Shown one piece after another: positions 1 to 16,589 of a DNA stretch of 64,000 nucleotides. The notes under the pieces were generated by a model that ran no database searches, was not told where the DNA came from, and saw nothing but the letters and a program-made list of their open reading frames with translations. The stretch is from NCBI RefSeq assembly GCF_009914755.1, contig NC_060931.1. One strand, given 5' to 3'. How positions within the stretch are numbered: position 1 is the first letter of the stretch; every line of letters starts with the position of its first letter. Source of the DNA: the human T2T-CHM13v2.0 reference genome, Homo sapiens. Both the position numbers and the translations under genes were made by a program.

Positions 1-174
1 CATAGGCATGACAATCTTTTCAAGTTTGGGAGGATAGGAGAGGTACAAGTATTAAAGGAGAATTCTTAGACGTTTTAATTGATGGCAAAATGCCTATGAG
101 TCTGTAGATAATACAGGCAAAAATTCTTTCTGTATTAACTAAAGTATGATGTGCAGAGGCAAATAAAATGAATT

Positions 175-458
175 GCTATGCAGTAGTTCACACCTGTAAT
201 CCCAGTGCTTTGGGAAGCTGAGGTGGGAAGATCGCTTGAAGCCAAAATTTGAGACCAGCCTGGGCAATGTAATGAGACCCCATCGCTACAAAAAATACTA
301 GCTCGGTGTGCTATCATGAGCCTGTAGTCCTAGCTGCTCAGGCTGAGGCAAGAGGACACGTTGAGCCCCGGGGTTTGAGGTTACAGTGAGATGTGGTTAC
401 GCCACTGCACTCCAGCCTAGGCAACAGAGTGAGACCCTGACTCTTTAAAAAAAAAAAA
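175..458 (+). mobile_element. Alu (old, J-like)
   Basis: Alu consensus with A tail. Confidence 0.9.
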
Positions 459-566
459 AGAGTTGGCAGGAGATTGCCATGTTCATTTTGGGGGATTTCT
501 GTTCTAGAAGCTTTTATGCAATGTGTGTGTGTGTGTTTTTTTTTTTCTGGACTCCAGATCAGATGC

Positions 567-862
<296 letters not shown>

Positions 863-921
863 AGATGCCACTTTTTAAACTGTATTGTTTCAGTGTTTTT
901 CTCATTTAAAAAATACGTTTT

Positions 922-1200
922 GAGCCAGGCACGGTGCTTCACACCTGTAATACTTGCACTTTGGGAGGCCAAGGTAGGCAGATTACTTGTGCTCAGGAGT
1001 TTTAGACTAGTCTGAGCAACATGGTGAACCCTGTCTCTACAAAAAATATTTTAAAAATTAGCCAGACATGGTGGTGCGTACCTATGGCCCCATTTGCACG
1101 GGAGGCTGAGGTGGGAGGATCATTTGGGCTGCAGTGAGCTGTGATTGTGCTACTACATTCCAGCCTGGGTGACAGAGTAAGACCCTGTCTCAAAAGAAAA
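922..1200 (+). mobile_element. Alu (J-like)
   Basis: Alu consensus. Confidence 0.9.
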
Positions 1201-1338
1201 AGAATGTTTTGGAGAAAGATTTCCTTAAAAATTTTTAAAGTTTTTAAGAAAGCTAGCAGTAATGAAAAATTTGAAACATGTGGAAGAGGGAATTATTATA
1301 AGGAATGCCCCACATTTTAATTTCACATCTTAAGTTAA

Positions 1339-2105
<767 letters not shown>

Positions 2106-2723
2106 AACCATTTTTAAACCTAGCTGATTTAATAGTTATTTCCAGACATCTGTAGTGTTTTCAGTTCTCAGTTCCAACTAGTGAGTTTGAGTAATACTGT
2201 TAGTTGTTGATAATAGGTTTAAGGCATAAGGAAGAAAAAGGGAAAATTAAGAAATAGACTTAAAGAACAGGAGTATGGGAACGTGGCATTGGTTTGACCA
2301 CAGAACAGAATATGCTTAAGTTACCATCAAAAATGATTTAAATTTCCTAGGTCTAGATACTAATTTGGCTGGGATATAGGAACTCTGGATTTTAAGTGTA
2401 CTTTTGAATTGCTGGTTGATTTTTGGATGAGTAAATGTCACATGTCTTATATTTTTAAAATCTGAGTGGTCTTATATTTTGTGACATTGAGATATTTTTT
2501 TAAAAATGTACTTTTATTTCATAAAGGTATTTTATAATTGCATTAAATTGCTAATGACAAGCTTAAACAATTTTTCATAAATAGAATATCAGTTAAATTT
2601 GTCTGTTGCGAGGGTTAAGTCAGAGCACTACTTTTAGTTTATATGTAGTCTTTATTAGCTAGTCCGTGTTGCCTTAAAGTTAAGATATACATTATATAAA
2701 CCATTTGTTTCTCTCTTTTTCAG

Positions 2724-2874
2724 GTTGTCTTGTCAAAGTTTGTTAGGCAAATGGGTGACCTGTTGCCTCCAACTATTTATATTCCTTATTTGAAGATGCT
2801 CCAGGGATTGGCCAATGGGCCTCAGTGTGCCCACTACTGTTTCAGCCTGCTCAAAGTCAATGGTAGTAGTCATG
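2724..2874 (+). CDS. NUP205: NUP205 exon 11 (VVLSKFVRQMGD...VNGSSH)
   Basis: ttcag|GTT...CATG|gtaagg; 151 nt, phase 0->1. Confidence 0.95.
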
Positions 2875-3339
2875 GTAAGGAATATGTGGATGTTGTTAAA
2901 GTTTGTTGTTATACTCTTTTAAGTTCAGTATCCCACTACCTATTAAGAACATTGGTGTTTGAACTAGGTTCTACCAGAGGTATAAATTATTTTCATAACA
3001 ATAGGGTGAAAGAAGCATGCATACAGCTTTATGCATAGTGATGCTGTGATTATGGTCTCACAGATTGGGGAGTTTTGTCATTCTCCTTTATAAAATACAG
3101 TTCATTTTGACAAATCAGAATTAATGTATGAAAATTTTCCAGAACACATCTGGTCCACAAAAAAAGCATATGCCCTTGCCTTATAAGTTTGATTAATTTA
3201 TCTTTGTATTTTTTTTTCTTAATTTCAGTACTTAGAATTTTTCTCTTGACTGTCTCCCAGTTTTCTTATTTAATTTTCAGACTGGTTTGGTTAGACCAAA
3301 AACACTGTAAAAGGGAAAAGAAATTAAGCATCTGCTTTG

Positions 3340-3490
3340 TTAGGTAGATATTTTTATTTTTACATGTGAAGAAACTGAGGTTTAGAGAAGTTAAGGAATT
3401 TACCCAACATCACAGCTATTTGGAGAGCCATGATGGGAGCTGAAATCGGCTTGGCTCCAAAGCCAGTGTTCTGACTACTCTGTCAAGCCT
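3340..3490 (-). mobile_element. MIR fragment
   Basis: gaagaaactgaggtttagagaagttaaggaatttaccc MIR core. Confidence 0.7.
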
Positions 3491-3643
3491 GCCAGTCTTG
3501 TGTGCTATGCTTTTGCTTCCGATGCTTGGTATGCAATGGAGTAGTGTAATTCCCAAATTAAGACTGTAGTTATCTCTTTCTTTGGGAATTCAAACTCAAC
3601 ATTTGTGAATTATTCTGTGGGAAAAAGCAGCCCTGTACAGTTA

Positions 3644-4171
<528 letters not shown>

Positions 4172-4260
4172 GCATATTGTTTTAAATTAATTTTCTCTCC
4201 ATTTCCCAGCAAATGCTTAGATGTTTTTTAAATAAAATTCTGTGCTGTTTTTCTTTATAG

Positions 4261-4466
4261 TTGAAAATATTCAGGGAGCAGGTGGCAGTCCTGTTTCCTG
4301 GGAACATTTCTTTCACTCCTTGATGCTTTACCACGAACACCTTCGGAAGGATCTTCCAAGTGCAGATAGTGTCCAGTACCGTCACCTTCCTTCCCGTGGC
4401 ATCACCCAGAAGGAGCAAGATGGATTGATTGCTTTTTTGCAGCTCACGTCTACCATCATTACTTGG
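4261..4466 (+). CDS. NUP205: NUP205 exon 12 (VENIQGAGG...TSTIITW)
   Basis: tatag|TT...TGG|gtaggt; 206 nt, phase 1->0. Confidence 0.95.
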
Positions 4467-5100
4467 GTAGGTAACTCATCCCCAGCATAATTTTATTTTT
4501 ATTATAGCACAGTAGCATTTTAAGAGCCCCAAACATTTTCTTTTAATTTAAGAGTAATAAACTTAGCCTATCTAGATAGACAGATATATAGCATTCTGCC
4601 CTTAAGTTTTTTGTTTTTTGACCTCTACAGGGTGTAAGTTATGGTAGCCCTGCTCATTGGCATAATCTTAGTATAAAAATAATAGCCTGAGCCTGAAAGA
4701 AAATAGTCAGAAGGGCAAATAAGAACCAGTTGTTGGATGCATATGCTTCTAGGTTTCCAGCATAAGTGTAGAGATATATATGTGCATTTATATGTGTGTA
4801 TGCATAAAGAATATTGTAATTAAAAGTCATTTACTGTATTATTTTTTCTCTCCTTATACCAAACCATTTTATCTGCCACTACCAAATTGGTCTTTGTAAA
4901 AAACATTTTCATGACTGTATATAATTTCCCAACTCAGAAATATCTTTTAGTTATGTCTGTTGTTCACTAGAATAGTCTGACATTCTCTCTGAAGGGTAGG
5001 AATAGGAACTTCTAAGTTTTTGGCTTTTCTAATAGTACTTAACATTATTAGGCATCAAAATGTCAGTTATTAACTATTTCTCACTGAATTAAAATGGAAA

Positions 5101-5400
5101 TGGGAGGGGAGGATAGGGAAAGGTTGGTTAACATACAAAGTTACAGATAGAGAAGAAGAAAGTTCTAGTGTTCTATAGCACTACAGGGTGAATATAACTA
5201 GCAGTAATTCATTGTGTATGTTCAAAAGCCAGAAGAGAGGATTTTGAATGTTCCCAACACAAAGAAATGAGAAATGTTAGAGGATGGATATCCTAATTAC
5301 CCTGATTTGATCATTACATATTGTATACATATATCAAAATATGACTCTGTACCCTATAAATATGTATAGTTATTACATATCAACTAAAAATGAAAAAAAT
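5101..5400 (+). mobile_element. L1MA-type LINE-1 3' end fragment
   Basis: gaggattttgaatgttcccaacacaaagaaatg...taccctgatttgatcattaca typical of L1MA 3'UTR. Confidence 0.8.
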
Positions 5401-5820
5401 GTTGTGATACTTGATACTGTATATCTCTATATTTTTTTTTGAGAAAAGGACAAGGTATTTTTTTCATCCATACTTTATATTGCAGTATAATATATTGTTC
5501 CAGAAAGGATTTAAGATGCCTAGGTAAGATTTATCCAACCCTTGCGGACCATTTATCTCTGTTTGTATTATTTCTCATACTTGGAACTGCAAAAGTAATT
5601 CTACAAAGTCTATATCTCCTCCAGTTTTTTACTTCGAATAAATGAGTGATCTGATTTGATGTGTTGGTAGACTTCAAACATAAATGATAGGCTTATTTTT
5701 GTTTTAGTATATATTAAGCCCATGAGGACTCAGTATAAATGATAGCAATTTAGATGATTGCTGGTCATTTTAATAACTTTTAAAAATGGAAAGTCTCATT
5801 CTTTTTGTGTCAATTCTTAG

Positions 5821-6003
5821 AGTGAAAATGCTCGCTTGGCCCTCTGTGAACACCCTCAGTGGACCCCTGTTGTGGTGATTCTGGGACTCCTCCAATGCAG
5901 TATTCCCCCTGTCCTAAAAGCTGAGCTACTGAAGACACTCGCAGCTTTTGGAAAATCTCCTGAAATTGCTGCTTCCCTCTGGCAGTCATTGGAATACACT
6001 CAG
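5821..6003 (+). CDS. NUP205: NUP205 exon 13 (SENARLALCEHPQW...LEYTQ)
   Basis: cttag|AGT...CAG|gtaggg; 183 nt. Confidence 0.95.
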
Positions 6004-6493
6004 GTAGGGCTCTGAAGTCCCTTATTTATATTATCCCAATGTGGAAAGTTGGGCTTGATAATACCATAGAAGCAAGAACATGCAATTGGAACTTATAGTA
6101 TATCATGAACATCCCAACTAGAGTTACGGTTTAGGGACTGAGCATAGCAATAGAAACTAATAGGCTTGGGTTTTTCTTTTAGATTGGTTGATAACATCAC
6201 TAGGTTACCAGAGATTGGTTCTTCATGTACTGTACCTCTCTGAAGACCTTATTTTTCGATGTCTATTAAGATATTACTAGATGGACAGAATTTGTCCACT
6301 CTGTCTTTAAACCAGGCTGCTGTAAGCCCTCACAAATCACCTGCACTCATTAAATGTGGGGAATGTTTGTTTTTCTTATCTGCTCTTTCCTGCCCTATAC
6401 CAGAAGAGTGAAGTATCTCTGTATAGCTACATGGTCACTGGGGTTGTTTTTCCATTAAAGGGCAGGTCTAACTGTTTGTCAAGTTTGCACTGA

Positions 6494-6797
6494 TTTTTGT
6501 TTTTTTTTTTTAAGATAGGGTCTCGCTGTGTTGGCAAGGATGGAGTGAGTACAGTTGGGTGATCTCAGCTCACTGTAGCCTCCACCTCCCGGGTTAAAGC
6601 GATTCTTGTGCCTCAGCCTCCTGAGTAGCTGGGATTACAGGCTTGCATTACCACGCCCAGCTAATTTTTGTATTTTTAATAGAGATGGGGTTTTGCCATG
6701 TTGTCCAGGCTGGTCTTGAACTCCTGGCTTCAAGTGATCTGCCCGCCTCGGCCTCCCAAAGTGCTGGGATGACAGGTGTGAGCCACCACACCCAGCC
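6494..6797 (-). mobile_element. Alu
   Basis: antisense Alu. Confidence 0.92.
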
Positions 6798-7212
6798 TGC
6801 AGAGAAATTTTAACAGCATCTAGAATACTTTTTATTGGTGGTTATGAGGGTTTATTGCCAGGACCATAAACTTAACTTTGGGCAGAATGGGAATGTGACA
6901 GTTGGATTTTTTGACTTCTGTACCCTGAGGGAATGTACCTTTGCTGATGTGGGGAAATAAATGGATGATATAATGTTTGAAGTCTCAATAACTTCAAAAT
7001 ATTAGCATTCTTTTCTCTAGAGATAAGCTCCATTAAAAATTTTCTATCAGGTATAATTATTTTATATGTGATAAAATGAAGGAAAATATGGATGCGCTTT
7101 ATAGACGTATCTCTAGGAAAATGGTTAGGTGGGATATGTATATCTGTCTTGGAAGTAATACAACTTAAGGGAGTCTGGGATTCTAACTCATTATTCATAG
7201 AAGCAAAAAAAA

Positions 7213-7529
<317 letters not shown>

Positions 7530-7895
7530 TAAAATACTCTAGATTATTTTCTGACATACATATCCTGAAGATGTTATTGATACTTTGTTAACATAATAAT
7601 TAACAGAGTTGGGGTTTGCTGAGAGGGGTTGGCTTACTATGGATACTTCACCTTTTGATTCCTGAGCGTACCAATACTTGCTAGTGTCTTACGGGCTTAG
7701 TGCTTCTTTACACCTGAAATCAAATGTGATTGGGTTTAGCCATTTGTATCCTTAGAGCAACAGTATTGTTTTTAAAGGATTCTACCTAATTAGTATACTT
7801 TTGATTTGCAAGAAAGTAAAGTATCATGACAGTAGGATTATTTATTATACCATAGACTACTTAGGCCCATATCGAGGTCTGGACAGAACATCTTA

Positions 7896-8362
<467 letters not shown>

Positions 8363-8641
8363 TCATTTCCTAGAATATCTGAGAGGAAATTTGCTGAAAA
8401 AATGTCTTGTGTGCTCTTAGAAACTACCAATTTTCAGAACCCCAGACAGTCAAAAGTTCTATCTCAACCTGGCAGAACTGCTAATGAAAGTCCATCCAGG
8501 GACTAATTGATTGTCATTTTGGTGGACATTGTGAGATCTGTGGGTCCAGTGGGTGAGGTATGTGACTATTATATTGCAAAGCCACTAATATTCATTGATG
8601 AATGAGGAATGCTCCTGACATCTACTTCTTACTATTTTAAG

Positions 8642-8692
8642 ATACTGCAGACCGTGAGGATTCCAAGCCAAAGGCAAGCTATTGGTATTGAG
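8642..8692 (+). CDS. NUP205: NUP205 exon 14 (ILQTVRIPSQRQAIGIE)
   Basis: ttaag|ATA...GAG|gtaaag; 51 nt. Confidence 0.93.
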
Positions 8693-9271
8693 GTAAAGTT
8701 TTCCTTTTAGTTTAAATGTTAATTCATTCATGCATGTAATGATAAGAAGTCTATGAATCATTCTTACCCTTTTACGTTTCCATAATTATCAAATTTAATG
8801 TATTTTTATTTGAAGGGTTTTCTGATCAGTGTTGAAATAGAGATGAAACTTTTAATAAAAGGAACCAAAATATTTTGTGTTTCAGAGTTGGAAAAAGATG
8901 TTACATGGCAGCCATCCAAATGGAAAATTCTTGATTTTAACTCAATTTAATTAGATTACTTGAGTCAACCTGAAATGAGAGTTAATTATTTTCTTTTCTC
9001 TCTAATTCTCCCTCTCTTTTAAAAGAAACATTAAAGATTTCTGTTTTAAATTCAAGTTTGGGGACAGTAAGTGGGAATTTGGAGTTCTTCCATCTGACTC
9101 ATCTGGATTCATATAATACTTTTTTATCTTTTCCTCTAAATGAAAAACAGAAATATCTGTTATATCTTTTGGTGTGAGTTAGCACTATTAATATGTTAAT
9201 GTCTGCATAATACTCTTCACTTCATAGCTAATAGTTTTTATTACCAAGTTTTCTTTCTTTTTCTTTGGAAG

Positions 9272-9481
9272 GTTGAACTAAATGAAATAGAATCCCGGTG
9301 TGAAGAATACCCATTGACTCGGGCCTTTTGCCAGCTTATTAGTACTCTGGTGGAGAGCTCATTTCCTTCTAATTTGGGTGCTGGACTGCGGCCCCCTGGC
9401 TTTGACCCTTATTTGCAGTTCCTTAGAGACTCTGTGTTTCTACGATTCCGTACAAGAGCTTACCGGAGAGCAGCTGAAAAG
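9272..9481 (+). CDS. NUP205: NUP205 exon 15 (VELNEIESRCEEY...RRAAEK)
   Basis: ggaag|GTT...AAG|gttatg; 210 nt. Confidence 0.95.
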
Positions 9482-10019
9482 GTTATGTTCAGAGAAAAGC
9501 TTTTTTCTCCTTATGCATTTACTGCTTTTTCTTTTATCAAAAGTATATGGTGCTAAATTCATGTTAGCTTTTGAAAGGTAGTAAAATTCACAGTCTTTGT
9601 TTTGAAATATCTATGAAGTGGTCTGATTAGTTTATGTGCACTAAAAAATAAGTTTGGTCATTAAAACCCAAGCACTGACATTAGTCATCAGTAATCTAAT
9701 TGATAGGAGTTCATATTTCATATCCTTAGTTTAACAAGTTTTGACTAAAATGGAACAAAAAGTGTCACATTTGTTGGAAACACACTACTACTGCTTATTG
9801 GAATGGTTTAGGTTAGGGATTGAAATAAGTTTAAACTTGCACAGCAGTTTCTATTGATTAGTGGCACTGGGTTGTGCAGTACTGGTTTAGCGGGAAGGAG
9901 TATTGTAATCCATTAGGCATGTCTGCCATGGATGGAGGCTGAGAGAGCACTGATCTTTATGACACATTTGCTCTGGTTGCAAGACACTAACCACTGAGCT
10001 TATATATATCATTTTATAT

Positions 10020-10170
10020 AATTCCAATATTACCACGTGGCAGGTACTATTTAATATTCCCATTTTACAGATGGAGGCTTAGCAAGGTTAAGGAACTTGC
10101 CTAAGGTCCAGGACCAGGATTTGAACCTAGGACTCTGATTCCAGATCCAAGCTCATAGCCACTAAGCTAT
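10020..10170 (-). mobile_element. MIR fragment
   Basis: cccattttacagatg...ggttaaggaacttgcctaaggtc...ggatttgaacctagg. Confidence 0.7.
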
Positions 10171-12143
10171 GTAAGAGACTCTTCCAGGTTCTGATGTAAT
10201 TCACGTTAGTCTATAATACTGTTTATTAACCTTACAGAATACCCTTGGTTGTATCTTGTAGGAATGTTTCTGCTTTATTTTGGTAGTTGGCGCAGATCAA
10301 GACTCCATCTGAAAAAAACAAGTGTATATATATATGAAGAAATTATATCATCCTTAATTTTGTTGCCAAAGGAAGGATAACTACTTTTAGTCTTTTTCCT
10401 ATGCCTGTAGACTTAATTAACAATTGAGATAATTAGTTATATTACTTTGTATTTCTTTTTTGTCACTTAGCATCATGGGGATTTTTTTCATGTCCTAAGA
10501 TATTCTTTGAAAATAGTCTTTTTAGTGACTGCATAAAATCTGTTACTTGTATCTAGCATAGTTTATTCACTGCCCTGTCATTGGATATAGCTTGTTTTTT
10601 ATATTTAGTCACAAATAATTGAAGTTCTTTTTTTTTGTCAATTGCATTAGAATTTTTGCTTGCCAGGTTGTAAAAATAAACACTGAGGTGGGGTATACAC
10701 TTTACTTAGGCTCTAGAACTTAACATGTATTTCCTGATGGGAAGAAAACAATAACAGCAACCATGCCTCATTAATAAAGTCATTTCAGATGAATAATGAG
10801 TGCTGATAATTACAGCACTCATTTCATCAAAATGTTCTGATACTTTTTTACAGTTGTTTTAAATGTCTTATATGCTTTTTCTTAAAAAGGTCATTGTGAT
10901 CTGAGTGTTTAGAGCATTAGTTAGCCATATTCTCTCCAGATGCTATCACTTTTCACCCATGCAGAGCCACACTTCAAGTGTTGCTGCTTTTCCCTGGCTG
11001 CCATTGATTTCAGTTCCACCCCAACTTACTCTAAAAAACTTTCCCTCAATTTTGTGAATTTATTTTACTTGAAAGTGTTCTTGAGATCTAATTTATATGA
11101 CTATTTTAGGACACTAGCTGCTCACACAAACAGTGCTTTGGATTGAGATAAATAACAGGGTGTTAGAGGCAATTGGTATGTTTACCAGTCCTAAATCCAT
11201 TATTATGTGGTAATATGCCTTTTTTATTTAAATAAAATTTTTTGAAAATTTTGGAAAATGCAAAACAGTGAATAATATAAAAATAATTTAAAAGTCACTT
11301 TATAGTCCCATTTTCTAACTCAACCTTGATACAATTATGTGCAGTGGAAATAATAATTTTAAAATAGTAATTCATAAAACCACCCTGTCTGCAATGACCA
11401 AACCCAGTCTTATTAAAATTCTATGTAGTGGATTTTTTAAACAAAGTTTTAATTTTACTGGCTATGCAGTTGTATGTAATTTTTTTGGCATAAGTATTTT
11501 TCTTTACTGGTACATAGCTTTTAAATACATTTTGAATAAGAAGGCGATAATGGGAATATTTGGGGCAAGCCTACCAGTGATTGTGTCTTCTTAACCTTCT
11601 TTGACTATAGTCACGGATGGAACCCTGGTCTGAGAATGAGAAGGCCTGGGCTTGACTTTCAGCCTGTTTGCTGCCAGGCTTTATGATCTTGGGGAATTCA
11701 TTCACTGCTCTGAGCTTCACTTGCTTCACTTATAAGGAATTTAGATGAGATGATTTCTCAGATTCTTTGCAGGCAGGCTTGTTAGAGAAAATGTGAAATG
11801 TTTGGCACTTGAAAAGTGTCCAAATTTGATGTTTAATTATAAATTGAATATGACTAGATACTAAATGTTTTCAATGTATTAATGAATTCCAAACATCTAT
11901 AAAAATGTATCTTTAAGAATAATGCATTGAAAATATTTTACCTTGAAAATGAGCCAATTCATTATCTTTTAGCAAAATAAAGCAAAATGAATTGGGATTT
12001 CTATATTGCTTAGCGTAAGTGAATAAAGTGGACAAGAAACTTCACTCATTTTCTGGAAAAAGAAGTGGGAAGAGTGAAAAGCCTTGCAAGGCCACCACCT
12101 TGGTCTGTTTTATTGTTATTGACCTATTTATATCTTTCTATAG

Positions 12144-12243
12144 TGGGAAGTTGCTGAGGTGGTTTTGGAGGTGTTTTATAAATTGCTCAGAGATTATGAG
12201 CCTCAGCTTGAAGATTTTGTAGACCAGTTTGTGGAACTACAAG
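12144..12243 (+). CDS. NUP205: NUP205 exon 16 (WEVAEVVLE...FVELQ)
   Basis: tatag|TGG...CAAG|gtaatt; 100 nt. Confidence 0.95.
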
Positions 12244-12643
12244 GTAATTTAATTCTGTCACTTTCAAACAAGTTGTCAACTATTTATAATTTATAAATTA
12301 TGGCTATGTTATACATAAATTAAAAATTATACTTTTAAATTAGAATTTAATCTTTTGTTTCATTGTTTTAATCATTTTAATTTTTCTGTTCAAGAGAAAA
12401 AATTATTGAATGGAAGATCAAGAACACTGCATTACAATTTCTCTAATGAGTTAATAGAATAGCTGACTAACTGCTTTGTGCAGATTTGCCCTTAGGAGAA
12501 TTACTGCTGTGTCTCTAAATTGAAACTTGCCTTTATCTATCTAGATGCCATCTAATTTACAAGTCTCATACATTTCATATAAATCAAGGGTGTGACAAAA
12601 ATACTAACCCATCATCTCTTGGAATATGTTATGTTCTATTTAG

Positions 12644-12781
12644 GAGAAGAAATCATAGCCTATAAGCCACCTGGATTTAGTCTGATGTATCATCTGCTGA
12701 ATGAGTCACCAATGTTGGAGCTTGCTCTCAGTTTACTGGAAGAAGGAGTTAAGCAGCTTGACACCTATGCCCCCTTTCCTG
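12644..12781 (+). CDS. NUP205: NUP205 exon 17 (GEEIIAYKPPG...YAPFP)
   Basis: tttag|GA...CCTG|gtatat; 138 nt. Confidence 0.95.
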
Positions 12782-13179
12782 GTATATGCTTAAAAGCCTT
12801 CATGTCTTGCAAACAGCTTTGATGTTTTCATCTTTTGTAAACTGAGAATTTGAAATAGATGATCTCTGAAGTCATTTTTCACTGTAAGATTCTCTCTCTG
12901 TATCTGAAGTGGTGTTTTCAGTGAATCATTTAAATGAGAGTATTGTAAGTAAAAACAGACTAAAGTACAGAGAGAATCTCACTGTCACTGTGTTTCACTG
13001 CAGGGTCTTTTGTAGGTAAAGTGATCTTTCTATCATTTTAACATCTTTAACATCCCTAACTTTAAAGTACTTTTTTGTCCATCCCCCACCTCATAATATT
13101 TTTAAAAGGACTTACTATAGTGCTTGATACATAGTGGTCAATAAATTTTACTTGTTATTATTACCACTAATTATTATTT

Positions 13180-13400
13180 ATTGAATGCTTACTATGTATT
13201 TGGCTCTTTTAAAAGCACATTGCATATATTAATGCATTCAATCTATTCAAAAATGTGTTAGATCTTCTTATTTCCATTTAACAAATAAAGAAGCTGAAAT
13301 ACAACGAAGTTATACTGGCTTTCCCTATCAAGTGTGGGAGCTGGGATTTGAACCTAGTCATCTTGGCTCCAGAGCTCATGCTTTTTACCACGATGCTATA
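13180..13400 (-). mobile_element. MIR fragment
   Basis: gggatttgaacctagtcatcttggctccagagctc. Confidence 0.6.
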
Positions 13401-13602
13401 TTACCTCTACTTAATGTGGCTGTGATCAAAATGAGAAAAGAGATTCTAAACATATGAACAATAACTGTATAGTCAGAATATACAGATAAGACACTATAGG
13501 AAGAATTAGGCCACAATTTTAAATTTGATTGGTAAGATTATAGGTGATCCTTGTTTCTATTTTCTGCGTTATTTTCCACAGTGATTTGGTCTTACTTTAG
13601 AT

Positions 13603-13783
13603 CAGAGTTTCTCAATTTTGGCACCATTGACAGTTTGAGCTGAATAATTCTTTGTTGTGGATGATGTCCTGTGTATTGTAAGCTGGATGCCAGTAGCACA
13701 TTTCCAGTTAGGACAACTAGAAGTGTCTCCAGACATTGTCAAATGTGCCCTGGGGCTCAGCCACCCCATTCTGAGAACTGTTG
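13603..13783. mobile_element. MER20 (hAT DNA transposon) remnant
   Basis: cagagtttctcaattttggcaccattgac...tgtctccagacattgtcaaatgtgccctggg...gagaactg. Confidence 0.8.
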
Positions 13784-14078
13784 CTCTAAACAATAAGGGA
13801 AAAGATAAAGAAGTGATTTGAGAATCCATTCCATGGGAGTTTTCTGGATTGCAAAATAACGATGACTTGCATAGATGAATGGTTTTGTGAAGTTGGAGCT
13901 GAAATTTTGAAACAATGAGAGCATAAATCTCTAGGTTTTGCTGCTGAAAGTTGGAAACAAGAGTCTGAATCTCTAGATCTGAAAATCTAAAACTTGTCAT
14001 TTGTCTTGTTTTCCTAAGAATTGACTGTGAGTTTTTAAGATAAATTTAGAACTTTCTAACTTTATTTTTGGTTGATAG

Positions 14079-14268
14079 GGAAAAAACACCTGGAGAAAGC
14101 AGTACAGCATTGCCTTGCACTTCTCAATCTTACTCTGCAAAAGGAAAATCTTTTTATGGACCTTCTAAGAGAGAGTCAACTGGCTCTAATAGTCTGTCCT
14201 TTAGAACAGCTTTTGCAGGGAATTAATCCCAGAACTAAGAAGGCAGATAATGTGGTAAACATTGCCAG
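14079..14268 (+). CDS. NUP205: NUP205 exon 18 (GKKHLEKAV...VVNIAR)
   Basis: gatag|GG...GCCAG|gtaagt; 190 nt. Confidence 0.95.
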
Positions 14269-14325
14269 GTAAGTTACCTTTGTAGGTAGAGAAATGAAGT
14301 AAACAGATAGACATTCTAGCTTTGA

Positions 14326-15184
<859 letters not shown>

Positions 15185-15189
15185 TGAGC

Positions 15190-15459
15190 TTTCTGGTGGT
15201 TTGATGTTCCGTGGCATATAGAAGCATCACCCTGATCTCTGCTTTCAGCGTCACATGGCAGTTTCCCTGTGTGTGTGTTTGTGTCTGAATTTACCCTTTT
15301 TATGAGGACACCAGTCATATTTTATTAGGGCCTCCTTAATGACCTCGTCTGAACTCGATTGACTATATGTACAAAGACCCTACTTTCAGATAAGGTCACT
15401 GGGTTAGCCAGACTTCACATAAGGATTTTGGGGGCAGGGATATGATTCAACCCCTAACA
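15190..15459 (-). mobile_element. MLT1-type MaLR LTR fragment
   Basis: ccctttttatgaggacaccagtcatat...taatgacctc...ataaggtcac...attcaacccctaaca. Confidence 0.75.
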
Positions 15460-15612
15460 GACTGCATCTATTTAGAAGGGGACAGCTTTTTCTTATTTAC
15501 CTTGAAGTGCTGTATGGGCAGGGGAAGCCCTGGTTCTAAATTTTCTTTATTGAGAATAGTGAGACACCAAAAATTTTATCACTGTTCCTCAAATGTTTTC
15601 TTTTCTTTAAAG

Positions 15613-15733
15613 ATACCTATATCATGGCAATACTAATCCAGAATTGGCTTTTGAAAGTGCCAAGATCCTCTGTTGTATCTCTTGCAACTCTAATATTCAG
15701 ATAAAGTTGGTTGGAGATTTCACACATGACCAG
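15613..15733 (+). CDS. NUP205: NUP205 exon 19 (YLYHGNTNPELAF...FTHDQ)
   Basis: taaag|A...CAG|gtaact; 121 nt. Confidence 0.95.
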
Positions 15734-16327
15734 GTAACTGATTTTGTTGCTCTTGTTATTTTTTGGTGCATTTTGCATTTTGACTATATATGGAAGTTCT
15801 AGTGTCTATGGAGGAATCATATTCTTGGTTGTGGAAAAATTCATTAAGAGTAAGTATATTTGTATAGGATGGGTGAAAACCTACCCACGAACTTGGCTAT
15901 GACTTATCTTTGAAGATAATGCTATTCACAGTGATACTGCATAATTATGGTATGTGGCACACTGCTACTCTGGGTACATGACCACTGCTACTCTCAGCAC
16001 GTTCAAAATGATTAGGTTTGCTGTTAACTTGTTTGTTTACTGCTCCCGACCTGTCAGTTGCCTGTGTTCTAAGTGAGCCCTCTGCAAGTTCTGAATATTT
16101 CGTTGTTGTAAGTTGTCTACTTCACTGGTTTTCTTGTGATCCACCTGTGTGTCACTTCATTTGATGACACTGTAGAGTGTTTTTAGGAGTTCCTCTTTTT
16201 ATTCAAGTTATAATAGTTCTGTTCACTGAATACCTACAATTGCGGAATCTGCTTTTTTTTTTCTTTATGAACATTTCATCCCATTGTATCTTTATGTTGG
16301 AAATCACTGCTTTAGCTAGTTGAAGAA

Positions 16328-16589
16328 TTTTTTTTTTTCTTCTTTTGAGACAGGAACTCGCTCTATCACCCAGGCTGGGGTGCAGTGGCACAATCTCAGC
16401 TCACTGCAGCCTCTGCCCCTGGGCTCAAGCGATCCTACAGGTGCATGCCACCACGCCCAGCTAGTTTTTTTGTATTATTGGGTTTTACCATGTTACCCAG
16501 GCTGGTCTCGAATTCTAGAGCTCAAGCAGTGTGCCCATCTCGGCCTCCCAAAGTGCTAGGATTACAGGCCTGAGCCACCGTGCCTGGCC
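16328..16589 (-). mobile_element. Alu (J-like, internal deletions)
   Basis: antisense Alu. Confidence 0.88.

Noticed and set aside
13602-14000. 132-aa minus-strand ORF
   Set aside because: It runs through MER20, with no coding signature.
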